From contig OX597833.1 of NCBI GenBank assembly GCA_951406725.2, positions 64,790,001-64,854,000 of the forward strand: a stretch of DNA of 64,000 nt. The letters run 5' to 3'. Shown in pieces: positions 12,931 to 27,346 of this stretch. The stretch comes from Octopus vulgaris. Lineage: Eukaryota. Positions within the stretch are counted from its first letter, which is position 1; every line of letters begins with the position of its first letter. The notes beneath the pieces were generated by a model. It was given only the letters and a program-made list of their open reading frames with translations. It had not been told where the DNA came from and ran no database searches. The translations under genes were made by a program, and so were the position numbers.

Positions 12931-13817
12931 CTCAATGCTTTAGTCCGCCCGAACACATACTTGAAGTCACTCGCGCAAGATGTCACGGAGTGGGACCGAA
13001 CCCAGAATCCTGAAGTTTGGAAGGCGTTGCACCTAAAATGTGGAATAGTTTATTGTGTATACTTTAGAATAACGTCAAAACTTTTCTCTGACTTCGATCT
13101 TCCTGGTTTTAATCTGCAGTATTTTATTTGTTCTTTTGTTCCATTTTTCTGTAAATTGTTCGTAAAAAACATAGATGATATAATTTAAATAGCTTTGGCT
13201 TCCATATCACAGGTAACCGTCATGGGTAATATCAACGAATATGGTATACAATCAATAATAATATTTTAATTTTTATCAAATCTCTTGGTGCATAAACAGA
13301 ATAATGAAATGAATACCAGTTTTCATGAGAAAATATCTATTATCTTTTAAAAAATAAAAGTAAAAGCTAATGTCTCATTTTTTATGACTCATTTTTAACA
13401 GCTCTCTCATTTACTCCATCTCCTCCCTCTCTTCTCCTTCTGTGAGTGTTTCTCTCTCACTGCGTTTGGGGAGTCATTTTACTCTTTGCTTTCCACAAAG
13501 CGTTCATGTTCGCCTTTCATGTTCGCTCTCGCTATATGTAAGTATACTGTGTGACTGTGGAAATGAACCGAAAAGTTAACCATGTATAAGCTATAATTGT
13601 ACACAGATAAGAAAAAGACTTGTGGATTGAGAGATTCGTTGGAGTGTCAAACAAAGTACCTCCTTACTCTCTTCGTTCGAACCCAATCGTGAACTCATTT
13701 ATTTTTCGTGATTTTGAGATTAATAAAATAAATTGATTCTTCCCCTCTCCAAAAACTGTATCATCTTCTGCCTATCGTAGAAAGGAATTTCATTTTTATA
13801 TCTTTTGTACTAAAGAC

Positions 13818-14199
13818 ACAAGGCCTGGAATTTGGTGGGAGGTGATGAGTCGATTAGATCGACCCTTGTGTTTCACTACTTCTTAATTTATCAACCTCGA
13901 GGGGATGAAATGAAAATCGACCTAGGTGGGAATTTGAACTCAGAACGTAGCGACGGGCGAAATACATATTTCTTTACTACCCACAAGTCGCTAAACACAA
14001 AGGGGACAAACAAGGACAGACAAACGAATTAAGTCGATTATATCGACCCCAGTGCGTAACTGGTACTTATTTAATCGACCCCGAAAGGATGAAAGGCAAA
14101 GTCGACCTCAGCGTCATTTGAACTCAGAACCTAGCGGCAGACTAAATACCGCTCAGCATTTCGCCCGGCGAGCTAATGTTTCTGCCAGCTCGCCGCCTT
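13818..14199 (-). mobile_element. SINE family A dimer (second unit has an alternative 3' tail)
   Basis: Same junction as 12690-12703, here at 13959-13972; the second unit ends in the aattccaggccttgtg tail type. Confidence 0.8.
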
Positions 14200-14689
14200 C
14201 AGGGATTCAATTATTATCTTTCATAAAACGGGAACAGACGTATGTAAAGACTTTATATGTGACTACAGTGACTCTCGGATTTATTACTCTAGCTGTTACT
14301 GCCTCTATCATCTCAGCCTGATGTGCTTTTAGGCTCTGTAGCCAGAAGAAAATTATTCAGCATATCTTACTTTTTTAAGAGGGTACGTTGTGTCAGGTGA
14401 GGAAGAATTACTTGTTATTTCTACTTGAACCAGGAAGGACAGAAAGATTTCCTCGTTGGCTGTAGATAAGGCAAATGGTTGGTTATGCTGCTTTGTAATG
14501 TCAAAACAACTATCATCGGATCAGACCAATGATGAAAATTCTTCCGGCTATAACAATGCAGTCTTTTACAAAATATGTTTAAGACTATATCATAAATTCC
14601 TTACATTTTTAGAGACAAGGCAATGATTCCAGGCAGTTATAGTTGCCGTTTATAGCAGCGCAAGAGTGAAATACTTAAATAATAAAAAA

Positions 14690-15215
14690 AATAAATGCGC
14701 CCTTCTCAAGCCTAGCCAGGCTCATGGGCCTCGTTTCCCGGTTTCAATGGCGTATGTGTTCCCCAGCTGGACGGGACGCCAGTCCATCGCAGCGTTACTC
14801 ATTTTTGCCAGCTGAGTGGACTGGAACAACGTGAAATGAAGTGTTTTGCTCAACAACACAACGCATCGCCCGGTCCAGGAATCGAAACCACAATCTTACG
14901 ATCATGGTGCTGGCACCCTAACCACTAAGCCACGTGCCTCCACGTATCTTTATATAAATAATAAATGCGCCCCTTTTTAAAGCCTAGCCAGGCTCATGGG
15001 CCCGGTTTCCCGGTTTTAATGGCGTATGTATTCCCCAGCTGGACGGGACGCAAGTCCATAGTAGCGTTACTAATTTTTGCCAGCTGAGTGGACGGGAGCA
15101 ACGTGAAATGAAGTGTTATGCTCAAGAACACAACGCATCGCCCGGTCCAGGAATCGAAACCAAAATCTTACGATCATGATGCTGACATCCTAACCAGTAA
15201 GTCACGCGCCTCCTC
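14690..15215 (-). mobile_element. Two tandem copies of tRNA-derived SINE family D (V-domain-like)
   Basis: Units ~14690-14945 and ~14962-15215 are near-identical; the minus strand shows a tRNA head (tggcttagtggttaggg...ggtttcgattcc) and gcgatggactggcgtcccgtccag, which resembles the V-SINE domain. Confidence 0.85.
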
Positions 15216-16387
15216 AAATAACTTAAATAGAGGTTCTTAAATCTACATCTATACTGTATAAAGACTAGATCGCTTTAGAATAGATTACACGGCTCTCACA
15301 AATTATTTTTACTCGTAATTAGATTATCCAGGGTCGCATATTCTTCAAGTAATGGACGAATGATGCACAACAACAGTATAAGTTCTACATCCTTACGAAA
15401 TTACTTTTTCTAAAATTTCAGATTATATCATGGAAATATAATCTTAAAATTCGACGACGAAGGATGGTCAATCTTATTTATAAACTCCCCATGATATAAT
15501 CTGCTTGCAATATATTTCCGGATCCAAAGTAGCAAAGCTTAAGTCTGTTTGAGATTGTATGATACACAGAAAGAACATTAAAAGCATATAGTTATCTTTG
15601 AGTAACAAGTATAGCAAAGCAGTATTTTAAACAAGATATCAAATATACGACGACGATACGCCACGGGGTCTATTATCAATTCGCAAAAAATCAGGCGGAA
15701 ATAATCTGTTTAAACATTTCCTCTCTCAGCTGGGAATCTCTTATATACGTGTATATTTGCTGTTCTTGTTTCGCCTCGGGTGAATCCTGATCCAGCTCAC
15801 TTATAAACATATTTCTGCCAGCCATGGCAATCTAATCTCTATGTTCTCTATTTAGAGAAGATAATGTATCTCTAGTACATTCTTAAATATATTATTCCTC
15901 CTCTCTTAAAAATGTTGTACATCTGTGAGAGGAGATTTGACTGTTATTTTTAGCACAAACTGAAAAATTATGTAACAGAAATGTAAAGAAGGTATGCCAT
16001 GAATAAATAATTTTTCAAATTTTGACACAAGGCCTTCAGTTTGTTTCAGGGACGCTGGTAAGTCGGGTTCGTTGACCCCAGTGCTCAATCGGTCAACATT
16101 TTATCGGACCTCAAAGGCTGAAATGCAAAGTGAGCGTCGTCGGACAAAATAATGCCGAGATTTTTACACTGCTTGCTAACGATGCTGTTAACTTGCCGTA
16201 TTTACCATGAACAAATAATGAAATTACCACCAAAAACAAAGGAAAACCAAAACAGCCATACATCACCCTTATATCATTGAATATTCTTTTCTACTCTCGG
16301 CACAAGGCCCAAAATCTTTTGGGGGAAGGTTCCAGTCAATAAGATTGAATCAAGTATGCAACTGGTATCTAATTTATCAGATGATAA

Positions 16388-16960
16388 TATGTTCAACTTC
16401 GCTAGAATGTTCCCCGTGCTATTCAGTAACAGCTTTAGCTGTGTGAATTGGTGCATTATCATCCTGAAAGATTGCGTTACTCTTCGGAATCAGTTCCGCA
16501 ACCATAGGTTGAATTTGATGAGATGAAATGCTTAAATAGTCTTGCCTATCAATACTGCCATGAAGGGAAAACCATTGGGCCGGCGGATTTCCAAGATATA
16601 AACCCCCAGATCATCACAGATCCTCCTCCATGTTTAATAATCGGCAGAAGGCAGTCAGGGCCAAATGCTTCTTTTAGCTGTCTCTACAAGTATACTCAGC
16701 CAGTGGTTAGAAATATGGTAAAGGATGACTCATCCCCCAAAATTACATTCTTTCACTACTCAAGGGACCGACTCGGTAGGTTTTTACTCCACTTTAAACG
16801 CTTCGCAATGCTTGTTTTTGAAAGTAGTGGTTATCTGATTGCAGCCCTCCCGTGAAATTCGGCTTTGTGCAGCTCCTGGTGAAGAGTTTTTTTGTGGAAA
16901 CTGAGATCACTATGTGGACATTAAGCTCTGCAGTAATTTTGGGAGGTGTACTTTTGTGAT
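16388..16960 (-). pseudogene. Tc1-family DDE transposase remnant
   Basis: The minus strand encodes DESSFT, KHGGGSVMIWG and IFQDDNAPIHTAK, with stops and frameshifts. Confidence 0.9.
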
Positions 16961-16989
16961 TCTTTCTAACATTTCGCGTAAGAATCCGA

Positions 16990-17242
16990 CACTTTTACCC
17001 TTAACGTAGTTCTCGGGGAGATTAGACGTAACACAGAGTACGACAATGCTGACTCCTTTGAAATACAGGTACAACAGAATCAGGAAGAAAGAGTGAGAAA
17101 ATGTTGTGGTAAAAGAGTACAGTAGGTTCCCCCACCAACCCCTGCAGTTTTCACTCAATAAGCACTCACAACGCCTGGTCTGGGAATCGAAACCACGGTA
17201 CTACGATCGCGAGGCCACTGCCCCAATCATTGCGCCTCCACG
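16990..17242 (-). mobile_element. SINE family C copy
   Basis: acccttaacgtagttctcgggg...ttgaaatacaggtacaacagaa shared with 61927-62210; tRNA-like head at ~17175-17242. Confidence 0.75.
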
Positions 17243-17449
17243 AGAGATATTTCCTTTTTCTTTTTCTTTACTTTATCCTATGTTAAATATTTTCCCATTT
17301 AAAACGTAGCATTCATTTCATGATTTTCGTATAAGCACAAGAAAAATTAGAAAAAAAGCTATTAAATATTTATTATACGTATACCATATTTCTCAATGAT
17401 AGCGGTGGAGACAAAAGTACTTTTCCATAGTTCGGTGACGAATGGCGAG

Positions 17450-17484
<35 letters not shown>

Positions 17485-18239
17485 TGGGGGTGTGGGTGAG
17501 TGTGTGTGGGCGTGTGTGTGTGGGCGCGCGTGTGTGTGTATGTGAGGTGTGTGTACGAGTGTGCATGTATACGACATGAAAACTCCACCTTGCCAGGTAT
17601 GAAGAGCATTGAGAGAGCTTCCGTAAAGCAACTCTGTATGGTAGAAATAGCAGCGAATCACACCCCTTGTTTGAGAAGATAAAGGAAGAAATATATACAA
17701 AAAAGAACAATAGCCGCCATAGTAATAATAAACAATGACATTTAGTTTTATTCCATAAAATAGATTTCCATTTGTCGGTCTTTGTTTTCGACTGCGTCAA
17801 ACTCTGTTATGCATTTTTATTAAAACGTCTGCGTTAATTTTTTTCTAAGGAAAACATCTTTTCTGGTACTTGATTATAATCATTATTATTATCAATATTA
17901 TGCTTATTAATATTATTATTATTATTGTTTCTGTTGTTGTTGTTTTTGTTGTTCGTGTTCTTATCATTATTGCCTTTGTTATTGTTATTTTTATTATTGT
18001 TGACATTGTTGTTGTTGTTGCTGTTATTATTTCCCCCCCCTTTTTTTATTAGTATTGTTATTTTTTGACATATGAGAGTGCCAAAAAGGAAAATGAAAAT
18101 TTGTATTCTCACTTCGGAGTGAAAAAGAAAAGAAATAAAAAAATTCATAAAAATAAATCTCAAAAATCTAAAAATCAATCAATCATTGTCAGAAAACAAA
18201 AAATATTGATGATACAAAGAGCGCGCGCATACACACACT

Positions 18240-18301
18240 CATAGAGAGATATAAATACATATATAAATATATAAATATAAATGTATATAATTACGCATAT
18301 G

Positions 18302-18351
<50 letters not shown>

Positions 18352-18385
18352 TATATATATGTGTATATATGTATGTATATATATA

Positions 18386-18423
<38 letters not shown>

Positions 18424-18505
18424 TATATAAATAAATATATATATATATACATATACATATATATATATATACATATATAATTATATACCTATATGTATGT
18501 ATATA

Positions 18506-18585
<80 letters not shown>

Positions 18586-18994
18586 CGTGTGTGTGTGTGT
18601 GTGTGTGCGTGTGTATGTATGTATGTATATGTATTATGTATTTATGTATATGCGTGTGGGTGAGTGGGTATAAGTATGTATATATAGGAAAGAAGGAGAG
18701 ATGTAAAATGAGAAGAGAAATATTTTTTTCAAAAAATTGATTTGATTCTTTTACGAAATACAATGATGTATTGACCCAAGGTAAAATGAAAAATTGGAGA
18801 CGGGATAGAATAAGACAAAAACAAAAGAAAAGAAAAGAAAACAAAAGAAATAAAAAAAAACACAACGGAAATGAAGGAATCGCAAATAATAAAAGAATCA
18901 CGAGATAGATTTTAGTAAAAGACAAATCAACATGTCACAACAAATCATAATTGAAGTGAAGATAGGTGCACACACATATGTATGTACCTATATA

Positions 18995-19053
<59 letters not shown>

Positions 19054-19274
19054 GTATATATATATATATGTATATATATATGTATGTATATATAAATATA
19101 CATATGGACACACATCTATACGTGTGTATGTGAATGTATGTATGCATGTATGTATGATTCTGTAACTATGTGTCTGCTTTCAAGTGTGTATATATGAGTT
19201 AGTTAATAACAGCACGGGCGTACGTCTATACAGATGTTTACACATGTGTGTATACATACATCTCTATATACATA

Positions 19275-19307
<33 letters not shown>

Positions 19308-19445
19308 TACATACATATATATTCGTATATATGTATATATACATACATATATACATGTATGTAAGCATGTATATATATATATACATATATGCATACATGT
19401 ATATGTATCTATTAGTTTATGTATGTATGTATGTATGTATGTTAT
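18240..19445. repeat. (TA)n/(TG)n/(TATG)n microsatellite field
   Basis: Read directly; it explains the YI/IY ORFs. Confidence 0.9.
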
Positions 19446-20074
19446 TATGTAAACGTACGGTGACACTGCCTTCTAAACCTATAAAACATATACACTAGCA
19501 TATATAGCTGTGATGTCGAGGTGGGGTTGGTCGTTGGGTTTAGAATAAGACGGGGACTCGACGGGAAGTTGGCGGAAGATGATGGGTGTTGATGAAGAAT
19601 AACTATGCTATTGTGCCTGTTAATCATTACAAGAAATGTTGATATATAGCTGTGTATTGTCAAGTTACATGGTTGACTGGCGAATGAAATACTTCTTTCA
19701 CAGTTCGATTGGCATCGAGTTGATTTTGTTGAACAATAACATACACTTATTTCAAAACCCATAACATCACACCGAGCTATCAGAATCGCACCCATACACT
19801 AAAGTAAGAGCATGAAAATACGCACGCTCAAACACAAAGATACCTAGAGTATTATGTCAAAATGAACGTCTATTTATATTGCATACGTTGTGACATAGAG
19901 AAGCTGTGTGTCTGCAGGCAATAAGTGGGCATTCGTTTATTAAATGTGGACACGAATACGAATACACAAGCGCCCAAGAATGATATTGTTTTATGAATTA
20001 GTTACATAAATGAGAATCGGAGATAGCAATGTTTCATATAGCGAAAACAAACCAATAAGACTATCATAAATTGT

Positions 20075-20126
<52 letters not shown>

Positions 20127-20205
20127 CTAATACTTTTCTACTGCACGTGCACAAGACCCGAAAATTTTGGGGGAGGGGCAGTCGATTACTTCGACCACCA
20201 GTACG

Positions 20206-20285
<80 letters not shown>

Positions 20286-20884
20286 AGGAGAGTTGAAAAA
20301 AGACGAAGACTGTCAAAACAAAAGATATTAGATAACGCTCAGAATAGAAGATCTTTTAGTTTCGAGCCTATATATCTATGTATGTGTTTGTGTGTGTATG
20401 TGTATGTGTGAGTATGAGTTTGTCAAATTAGTCACTTTTTTTCCGTATTTAAGGTAGTAAATTAGCCAAATTCTACTTAAATAAGTATAGTGTTATCCGT
20501 AAACTATAATGAAATATTTTTGATATTCAAAATTTTATTTTAGCTGCTATTTTTTAAGTAAAAGTTTCTTCTTCTTTACTTGAAGTAATAGTGTGCTATA
20601 TTTTTACAGGTAATAAATTGTCCTGTACTTTCTCAGGTTAATAATTTTATAATCATAACAGTATAACTTGCATGGTCGCATTTTTCCATGTAATCCATGA
20701 TTTTTCCAGGCATTGCTGTTATAAGGTAATTAATAATGTTTCAATAATTTAGGATTTTACCTTATAAAATACTGGGTAGGGTGATACATTGGCTGCTATT
20801 TTTAGCGTGTCGGGAGACCAGGTAGAGGCTCTTTCACTGGTTTGATTTCGTGATGAGATATGTTTATACATATAATGTATAATA

Positions 20885-20925
<41 letters not shown>

Positions 20926-20946
20926 CAATCAGGACGCCATATATCA

Positions 20947-20990
20947 CCACTAGAAATAACAGCCAAAGCTTTGGCTGTTATTTCTAGTGG
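20947..20990. repeat. Perfect 44-bp palindrome with no loop, between (TA)n arrays
   Basis: ccactagaaataacagccaaag|ctttggctgttatttctagtgg. Confidence 0.95.
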
Positions 20991-21030
20991 GTGAATGGCC
21001 TATTATGGCCGTTACCCTATATTGATTAAT

Positions 21031-21077
<47 letters not shown>

Positions 21078-23132
21078 TCGGCAGAAGTGAAAGAGTAAGT
21101 CAAAATCTGAGAGTTTCGTGTAGTATCAAACACGAATTTGTCCATTGACACTCTGTAACTTCTGTGACGAAATAACTTCTAAAATACAAAACTTGGTCGA
21201 AAACGTTAAGAGAAAAGCCTGTTGTATGTCTCACATTGTACCAGTATCGGAAGTTTCAATGTATTTAGTTTTTAAAAAATTAATTTAATAAGCTGTACGT
21301 CGAATTGAATAGATCTGAAATGGATAAAAAGTAAATCCACCTCGGCGGAATTTGAACTCAAAATGTAAACACGGAAGAAATATCGCTAAGCATTTCGCCA
21401 GGCGTCTTAATATTTATGCCAGAACACCGCCTTGGGACGTAAGCATTCATTTTAGCAATATATTCTTTCTTCTTATTGCTAAGCGTTACTTCCTTACACT
21501 CTTACTTACTGATACGAAATTTCGTGGAATTTCACCTCATAAATTTTCTTCTAATTTTGTTCAATGTTACTAACGACTCTTAATTCCTCATGCATTTTTC
21601 TATTATGTAAGCCTAAGAAATGTATACTTATACTGTAAAATAAAAAATATTTTCGTTAATTGAAGGTGAATAGGTTCCTGGCTGCCACCCTTGAGGTCGC
21701 AACAATTTTGATGTATCTTTCTTTCTACAGAACCAAATCTCAAACTATTTATGCCAAAGTGTAGCTGAGGAGTTGTCCCCTTTAAAACCGTTAACAATTT
21801 GCAATTTAGTTGAGGACTGAATCAGTGGTGAAGCTTGGAAGCTGCTGCGATTGACAAACTGGTGAACTTAAGAATATATTTACCCACTACCGTGGTTGAA
21901 TGGTATATGTAGGCCTGACCAAAACTCACCTGACAGTAAATCAAAGGCTAATGAATTCCAAGATTAAAACCAAAGAAACCTTGTTTTCTATGAGACTTCG
22001 CTATTAAATTGACAAATGTTGAAAAGGAAAACTTATAACTCACAGAATTCAATTACTAAACATTGGTAATGGGAATGAATAAATTAAACTGAATATTAAG
22101 TATTTATAGAATTTTGATTTACTGTCGTGTGAATGTATATGTCGTGTGAATATATATGATTCAGCTCTTGAATATATATATAAAACTGTGTGTATGTATA
22201 TATATGTTCTTTCTCTTTTTGGTATCCCTAATGGGAGCTGTTCTAACGGTGGGTGTTTGCTGATACGTCTGTTCCTTTGGCAGACAATGATAATATTGTA
22301 TTCTAAGTTTTGCAAATGGCCAACGATTTTGAGTGAAGGAGTGTCGATATCCTCGAATCTGGGTTCAACTGTTTCTTATTTTACCAACGCGGTAAAGATA
22401 AAAGAATACCCAGCTTGGCATCATTTGAACTTTGAACGTAAAGTGCTCACCCTCTGTCAATTCGCTGGTTTGCTTCTATAGTTCCCAGGCCTGAAATTAT
22501 GGAGACGAAGATAATCGTTTATATCAACCGCTATGCTTGACTGGTTCCTATTTCATCGATCCCGATTTGACGAATGATAAAGTCTCTCACTGCTGTGCTT
22601 GAACACTGATCATTTGATCTTAAAGAGCTAGCAATGCGCCATTTCTCTACCGTAGCAATTACATCGACCCCAGGACTTAACTGGTGTTTGTTTTATTAAC
22701 CCCGAAAGGATGAAACACAAAGTCGAGCTCGGTGGCATTTGAACTCAGAACGTAAAGCGTTAGCACTCTGAGTCCGCTGTCCTGCAAACAACCGATAATA
22801 CGGATGTACTAACAGTATTGTGTCACTACTATTGTATTGCCCTACCCTGGGTGGGAATTATGCTCTGTTACACTAACGTCATCCATTGTATGTTGGCTCA
22901 GATCAGAAGTCTGTTATGTCAAGCACATTGCTTGGCAGGTAATTTATAATATCAAGTGTGCACGGAATGGTGAATGAGAAAGTTGTTCTGAAGCGGAACT
23001 AATATCCAGAAGACAGAGAATCGCTTAAAATATTGCTCATATTCCGCAAATACACTGCGCTTGCCTATGTATGCACACAGGTAAACGCACAATCACACAT
23101 ACAAAGACAGAAACACACAGACAGAAAAACAA

Positions 23133-23274
<142 letters not shown>

Positions 23275-23451
23275 AACTTAGTTTGATTTGAAAATCCCAC
23301 TAGAATGGGAGAAAGCGCTATTGATATAAGTGATATGATATATGTATATAAAATGTAATATATAAATAAATATCTGTAAATATAAACCATCCGATCTTCT
23401 GATTACCTCTGATTCTGATTCTTCTAATATATATATATATATATGTATATG

Positions 23452-23760
23452 TGGATTCGCAATGGCCAAGTGGTTAGGGCAGCGGACTCGCGGTCATAGG
23501 ATCGCGGTTTCGAATCCCAGGCCGGGCGCTGTGAGTGTTCATTGAGCAAAATCACCTAAAGCTCCACGAGGCTCCCGCAGGGGGGAGTGGCTATCCCTGC
23601 TGTACTCTTTCGCCACAACTTTCTCTCACTCTTTCTTCTGTAGGCCTGCTCGCTTAGCCAGCGGGGTGGCGTCATTTGAAGGCTGCAACAATGCGAATCG
23701 CATTGTGTCCAGCGATGTGTAGCAACATCTGATAGCCTGGTCGGTCACGGTCATCGTTGT
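23452..23760 (+). mobile_element. tRNA-derived SINE, family C-related head
   Basis: A box tggccaagtggtt and B box ggtttcgaatccc, then a body (cctgctgtactctttc...ctttctctcactctttc) shared with the reverse complements of 17080-17240 and 62130-62210. Confidence 0.8.
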
Positions 23761-24094
23761 GATATATGTATATATATATATATATAGTGGAGAAATTGTA
23801 TAAAATGTATAAATGGATGATGAGTAAAGTACCAGCATAATTTTGATTACCTGTTGTTACCTGTAGATTTAGTGTAGAAACTTCGTATTGGCGGTTGAGG
23901 TAAAAGTATAAAGAAAATAGAGCACCTGGCGACATTCTAATTGCTAGTTTGAAATTTTGTCACAAGGGGAACAATTGTGGAGGGGGCAATGAATCAGTTA
24001 AATCGACACCAGTGTCCAACTGGTATTTATTTTATCAACCTCGAAATGACGAAGGTTAAAATCGTCCTCAGCGAATTAAAACTCAGAACATAGC

Positions 24095-24133
24095 GAAGAA
24101 GAAGAAGAAGAAGAAGAAGAAGAAGAAGAAGAA

Positions 24134-24165
<32 letters not shown>

Positions 24166-24458
24166 CGATGAATAATAATAAGAAGAAGAAGAAGAAGAAG
24201 AACAACAACAACAAGAGGAAGAGGAGGAGGAGCAGAAAGAAGAAGAAGAAGAAGAAGAAGAAGAAGAAGGAAAAGAAGAAGAAGAAGAAGAAGAAGAAAA
24301 GGAAGAAGAAGCAGAAGAAGAAGAAGAAGAAGAAGAAGAAGAAGAAGAAGAAGAAAAGGAAGGAAAAGAAGGAAAAAGAAGAAGAAGAAGAAGAAGAAGA
24401 AGAAGAAGAAGAAGAAGAAGAAGAAGAAGAAGAAGAAGAAGAAGAAGAAGAAGAAGAA
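24095..24458. repeat. (GAA)n microsatellite
   Basis: Read directly. Confidence 0.95.
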
Positions 24459-25081
24459 TGCAACGGAGAGAAAAATGACAATTTAGTTTTAGAAAAACAG
24501 AATGCATTGTGGAAAAAAAAAAATAAAAATAAAAATTTGGAAATTAAAGAACAAAAAGAACAACTGATGCCTGAAAATATATTGATTGACAAAATGATTA
24601 ACTAAAAAAAAACACAGAAAAATTACGAGAAAAATAAAGAAAATTAAATGAAAAAAAATGTCATCGAAAATTGTAAAGAAGGCGCAAAGTTCAATGTTGA
24701 AATGTTTCTTTTAATATTCTTGTTGTCAGTTCAGATAAAAGCGACTTGAAGGATACAGACGCTTCGGCACCAGGGCCGGATTCTGTATAACAATAGGAAT
24801 ATTGATAGCATATAATGTACTATCATTTGCCATTGCGAGGGCGGTAGCTTCTGTTGAATTTTTATATGCTCCTGTTTTTTTCTGTTGAAAAATAATGCTT
24901 TTAGGATTATGTTATGCAATGCGTTTAGGATTAGATTTTTTTTTTAATATAAAAAGATACAAAACCAAACTGTTGGTGGGGTATGAAATGAAGGGAATTT
25001 TGCTTAAATACGTAGAGGTTCTGTGAAAGGATGGGATACTTAATAAAGTCGTTAATCAATAGGTTGGAAGCAACAGTTAAA

Positions 25082-25472
25082 TCTCTCTATATATAAAACT
25101 GAAGTTGTCTGTGTATGGCGGGTTTGGTAGCCTTCAACTAACACTATCTCCTCCGAGACCCTGCGGCGCAAGTTGACCAAAATTGAGAGTATGATAGAAG
25201 AAGGCGTGCTCTTCCTTCCGTAGAAGATAAAATTCAAATTGGATCATGTTAAGACCAAAAGTTATTTACATCCAAAAGCTGCTTTTGTTCTATGAAAATT
25301 CCTATATTTTTACGATTTTTTGACTACTGTGTCGCCATTTATCGGCGTATTTCGATCAGAAAAATGTTCACTTAAAGAGAATAACAAGCTAGATAAAGCA
25401 TAATTTACTTTTCGAAAATTCCAATTCTAAAGGGTCGAAACAAACCCGAGCAACGCTGGGCGATACGGCTAG
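25082..25472 (+). mobile_element. Non-autonomous Helitron-like element (~390 bp)
   Basis: A|TC 5' end (tctctctatatataaa), 3' GC-rich hairpin cccgagcaacgctggg followed by CTAG|T, and no TSD: the canonical Helitron termini. Confidence 0.8.
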
Positions 25473-25988
25473 TTGATAATAAAACCCGAACCATACTCTA
25501 ACAGAATAAAAGAAACTAGAGGCGAGTGTGGCTGGTATAGCCTTGAGTAAAGTCTTCCCCAATCAAATCTGACCTGAGCTCATAGGCTGTATGGTAAGAC
25601 GTTTACTGAACAACCACATTGTTCTTGCTTCACCCCCACTGCATAGCTCATTAGACATGTCTTCTATAACAGCCACGGCCAACGAAGGCCTTTTCTTAAG
25701 AGAAACCTCCCATTCTATCGTTTGCATTAACCTTCCACGCGTCTTACCTTGAGCATCAACCTAATATAATAACTGAGTACGAATTTTGTTTTATATATAT
25801 ATATTTATATATATATATATATATATATAATATAAACTGTACTGGGAGAAGAAGAAGAAACGAAACGAAACGGAACGAATCGAATCGAATCGACGCGAAG
25901 GCGCTCAGTCATACAATAGTGTAATAAATAAAATATATGCATACATACATATATGTATGTACCTACATCTACATGTATATATACATGC

Positions 25989-26048
<60 letters not shown>

Positions 26049-26054
26049 TTTGTT

Positions 26055-26202
26055 GAACAAATTTGGCCGACGAACGGGAACGTGAAACTCCGAGTAACAG
26101 GTTTTGTTGAATTTCTGCTGCTTTTAAATAAAGAATATTACTCTACCCCTGGTATTTGAGTACTCTTTTTTCTACCTTGTTTCACATTTATGTGTTTACT
26201 CC

Positions 26203-26205
<3 letters not shown>
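26055..26205 (+). mobile_element. PLE pLTR-like repeat with hammerhead motif (same family as 49684-49922)
   Basis: CCGACGA-acg-ggaa-cgt-GAAA-ctccgag-TA-acagg; the downstream tail is homologous to 49820-49922; it sits inside (TA)n. Confidence 0.7.
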
Positions 26206-26245
<40 letters not shown>

Positions 26246-26307
26246 TTGTGCAAGATTTTTTATTTTATTTTACTGGCTAAACTGGCAAAATGACCATTCC
26301 GAAATAT

Positions 26308-26356
<49 letters not shown>

Positions 26357-26360
<4 letters not shown>

Positions 26361-26510
26361 AATGGAGGAAACCTTAGATCAACAAACCCACTAGACTACA
26401 TCTGTAGCTTATGATTTCATAAAAACATTTTATAGCATAACATGTGATATAAACAATTATTACAGATGTGGTCCACTTGATTTATTGATCTAAGGTTTTC
26501 TTCAATTTAT
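26357..26510. repeat. Imperfect fold-back with ~50-bp arms next to (TA)n
   Basis: ataaaatggaggaaaccttagatcaacaaa...actacatctgta versus tacagatgtggt...tttattgatctaaggttttcttcaatttat. Confidence 0.8.
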
Positions 26511-27254
26511 ACTTACTTAAATTTGACTCCTGATAAAGTTTTGCTTAATCTGTTGCTACCTGTACTCTAGGAGCATAGTGTGCTTGCATGCCCATGCCCA
26601 CAGGTAACACGGGTAAGTGATACCGATAGTAAATATGAATATTCTATCCCTTAGTCGGTTACTATAACTACCAACTCTGCTTATCTTTATATATATACAC
26701 ATATGTGAGATTTATCGTAATTCCATAGGGTACGATTAATAGTAGCTCGTATTCAATTATACTGTATATTAAACGCCATAAGTTGTAACAGTCTTCTTTC
26801 TTATTATCTCCCCTTGTTTCCAGTAGTAATGAGAATAAAACCATTTTCTACTTCATTCTGTTCCTTGGAAGGAAGATCTCTTTCTTGGGGAAGAGTTTCA
26901 CTATGCATTACTTTAGTGGGACACAGGACCTTAATCTCAATATGTAAGAATTAATCATGCTTAATGCTACTGCACGGCAAAATTATGGCATTTCGCAGCT
27001 GCTCATAAGCTGCACAAACGGAAGTATGTTCCGATGGACAGTAAATATTTTTATGTATATAACTATATATTGGAGAGAAGGGTGACGTAATTACCATATA
27101 ATGTAAGTGTAAGCTATTTAGAGACACAGGTTACATCATTCGAAACCACAGTAAGTTCACTGAATATAGCTCATGAAAAGAAAACATAAATGTTTCCAAA
27201 ATCTTTCACAGCCAAAAAATAATAATAATAATCATAATAATAGTAATAATAATC

Positions 27255-27346
<92 letters not shown>

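Noticed and set aside
12514-15215. Repeated units as a CRISPR-like array
   Set aside because: The units are 190-260-bp SINEs with no short repeat-spacer periodicity and no cas genes; the context is eukaryotic.
23452-23530. tRNA gene candidates (also 41127-41200 and other SINE heads)
   Set aside because: A/B boxes are present, but acceptor stems pair poorly and each runs directly into a repeat body, so these are tRNA-derived heads.
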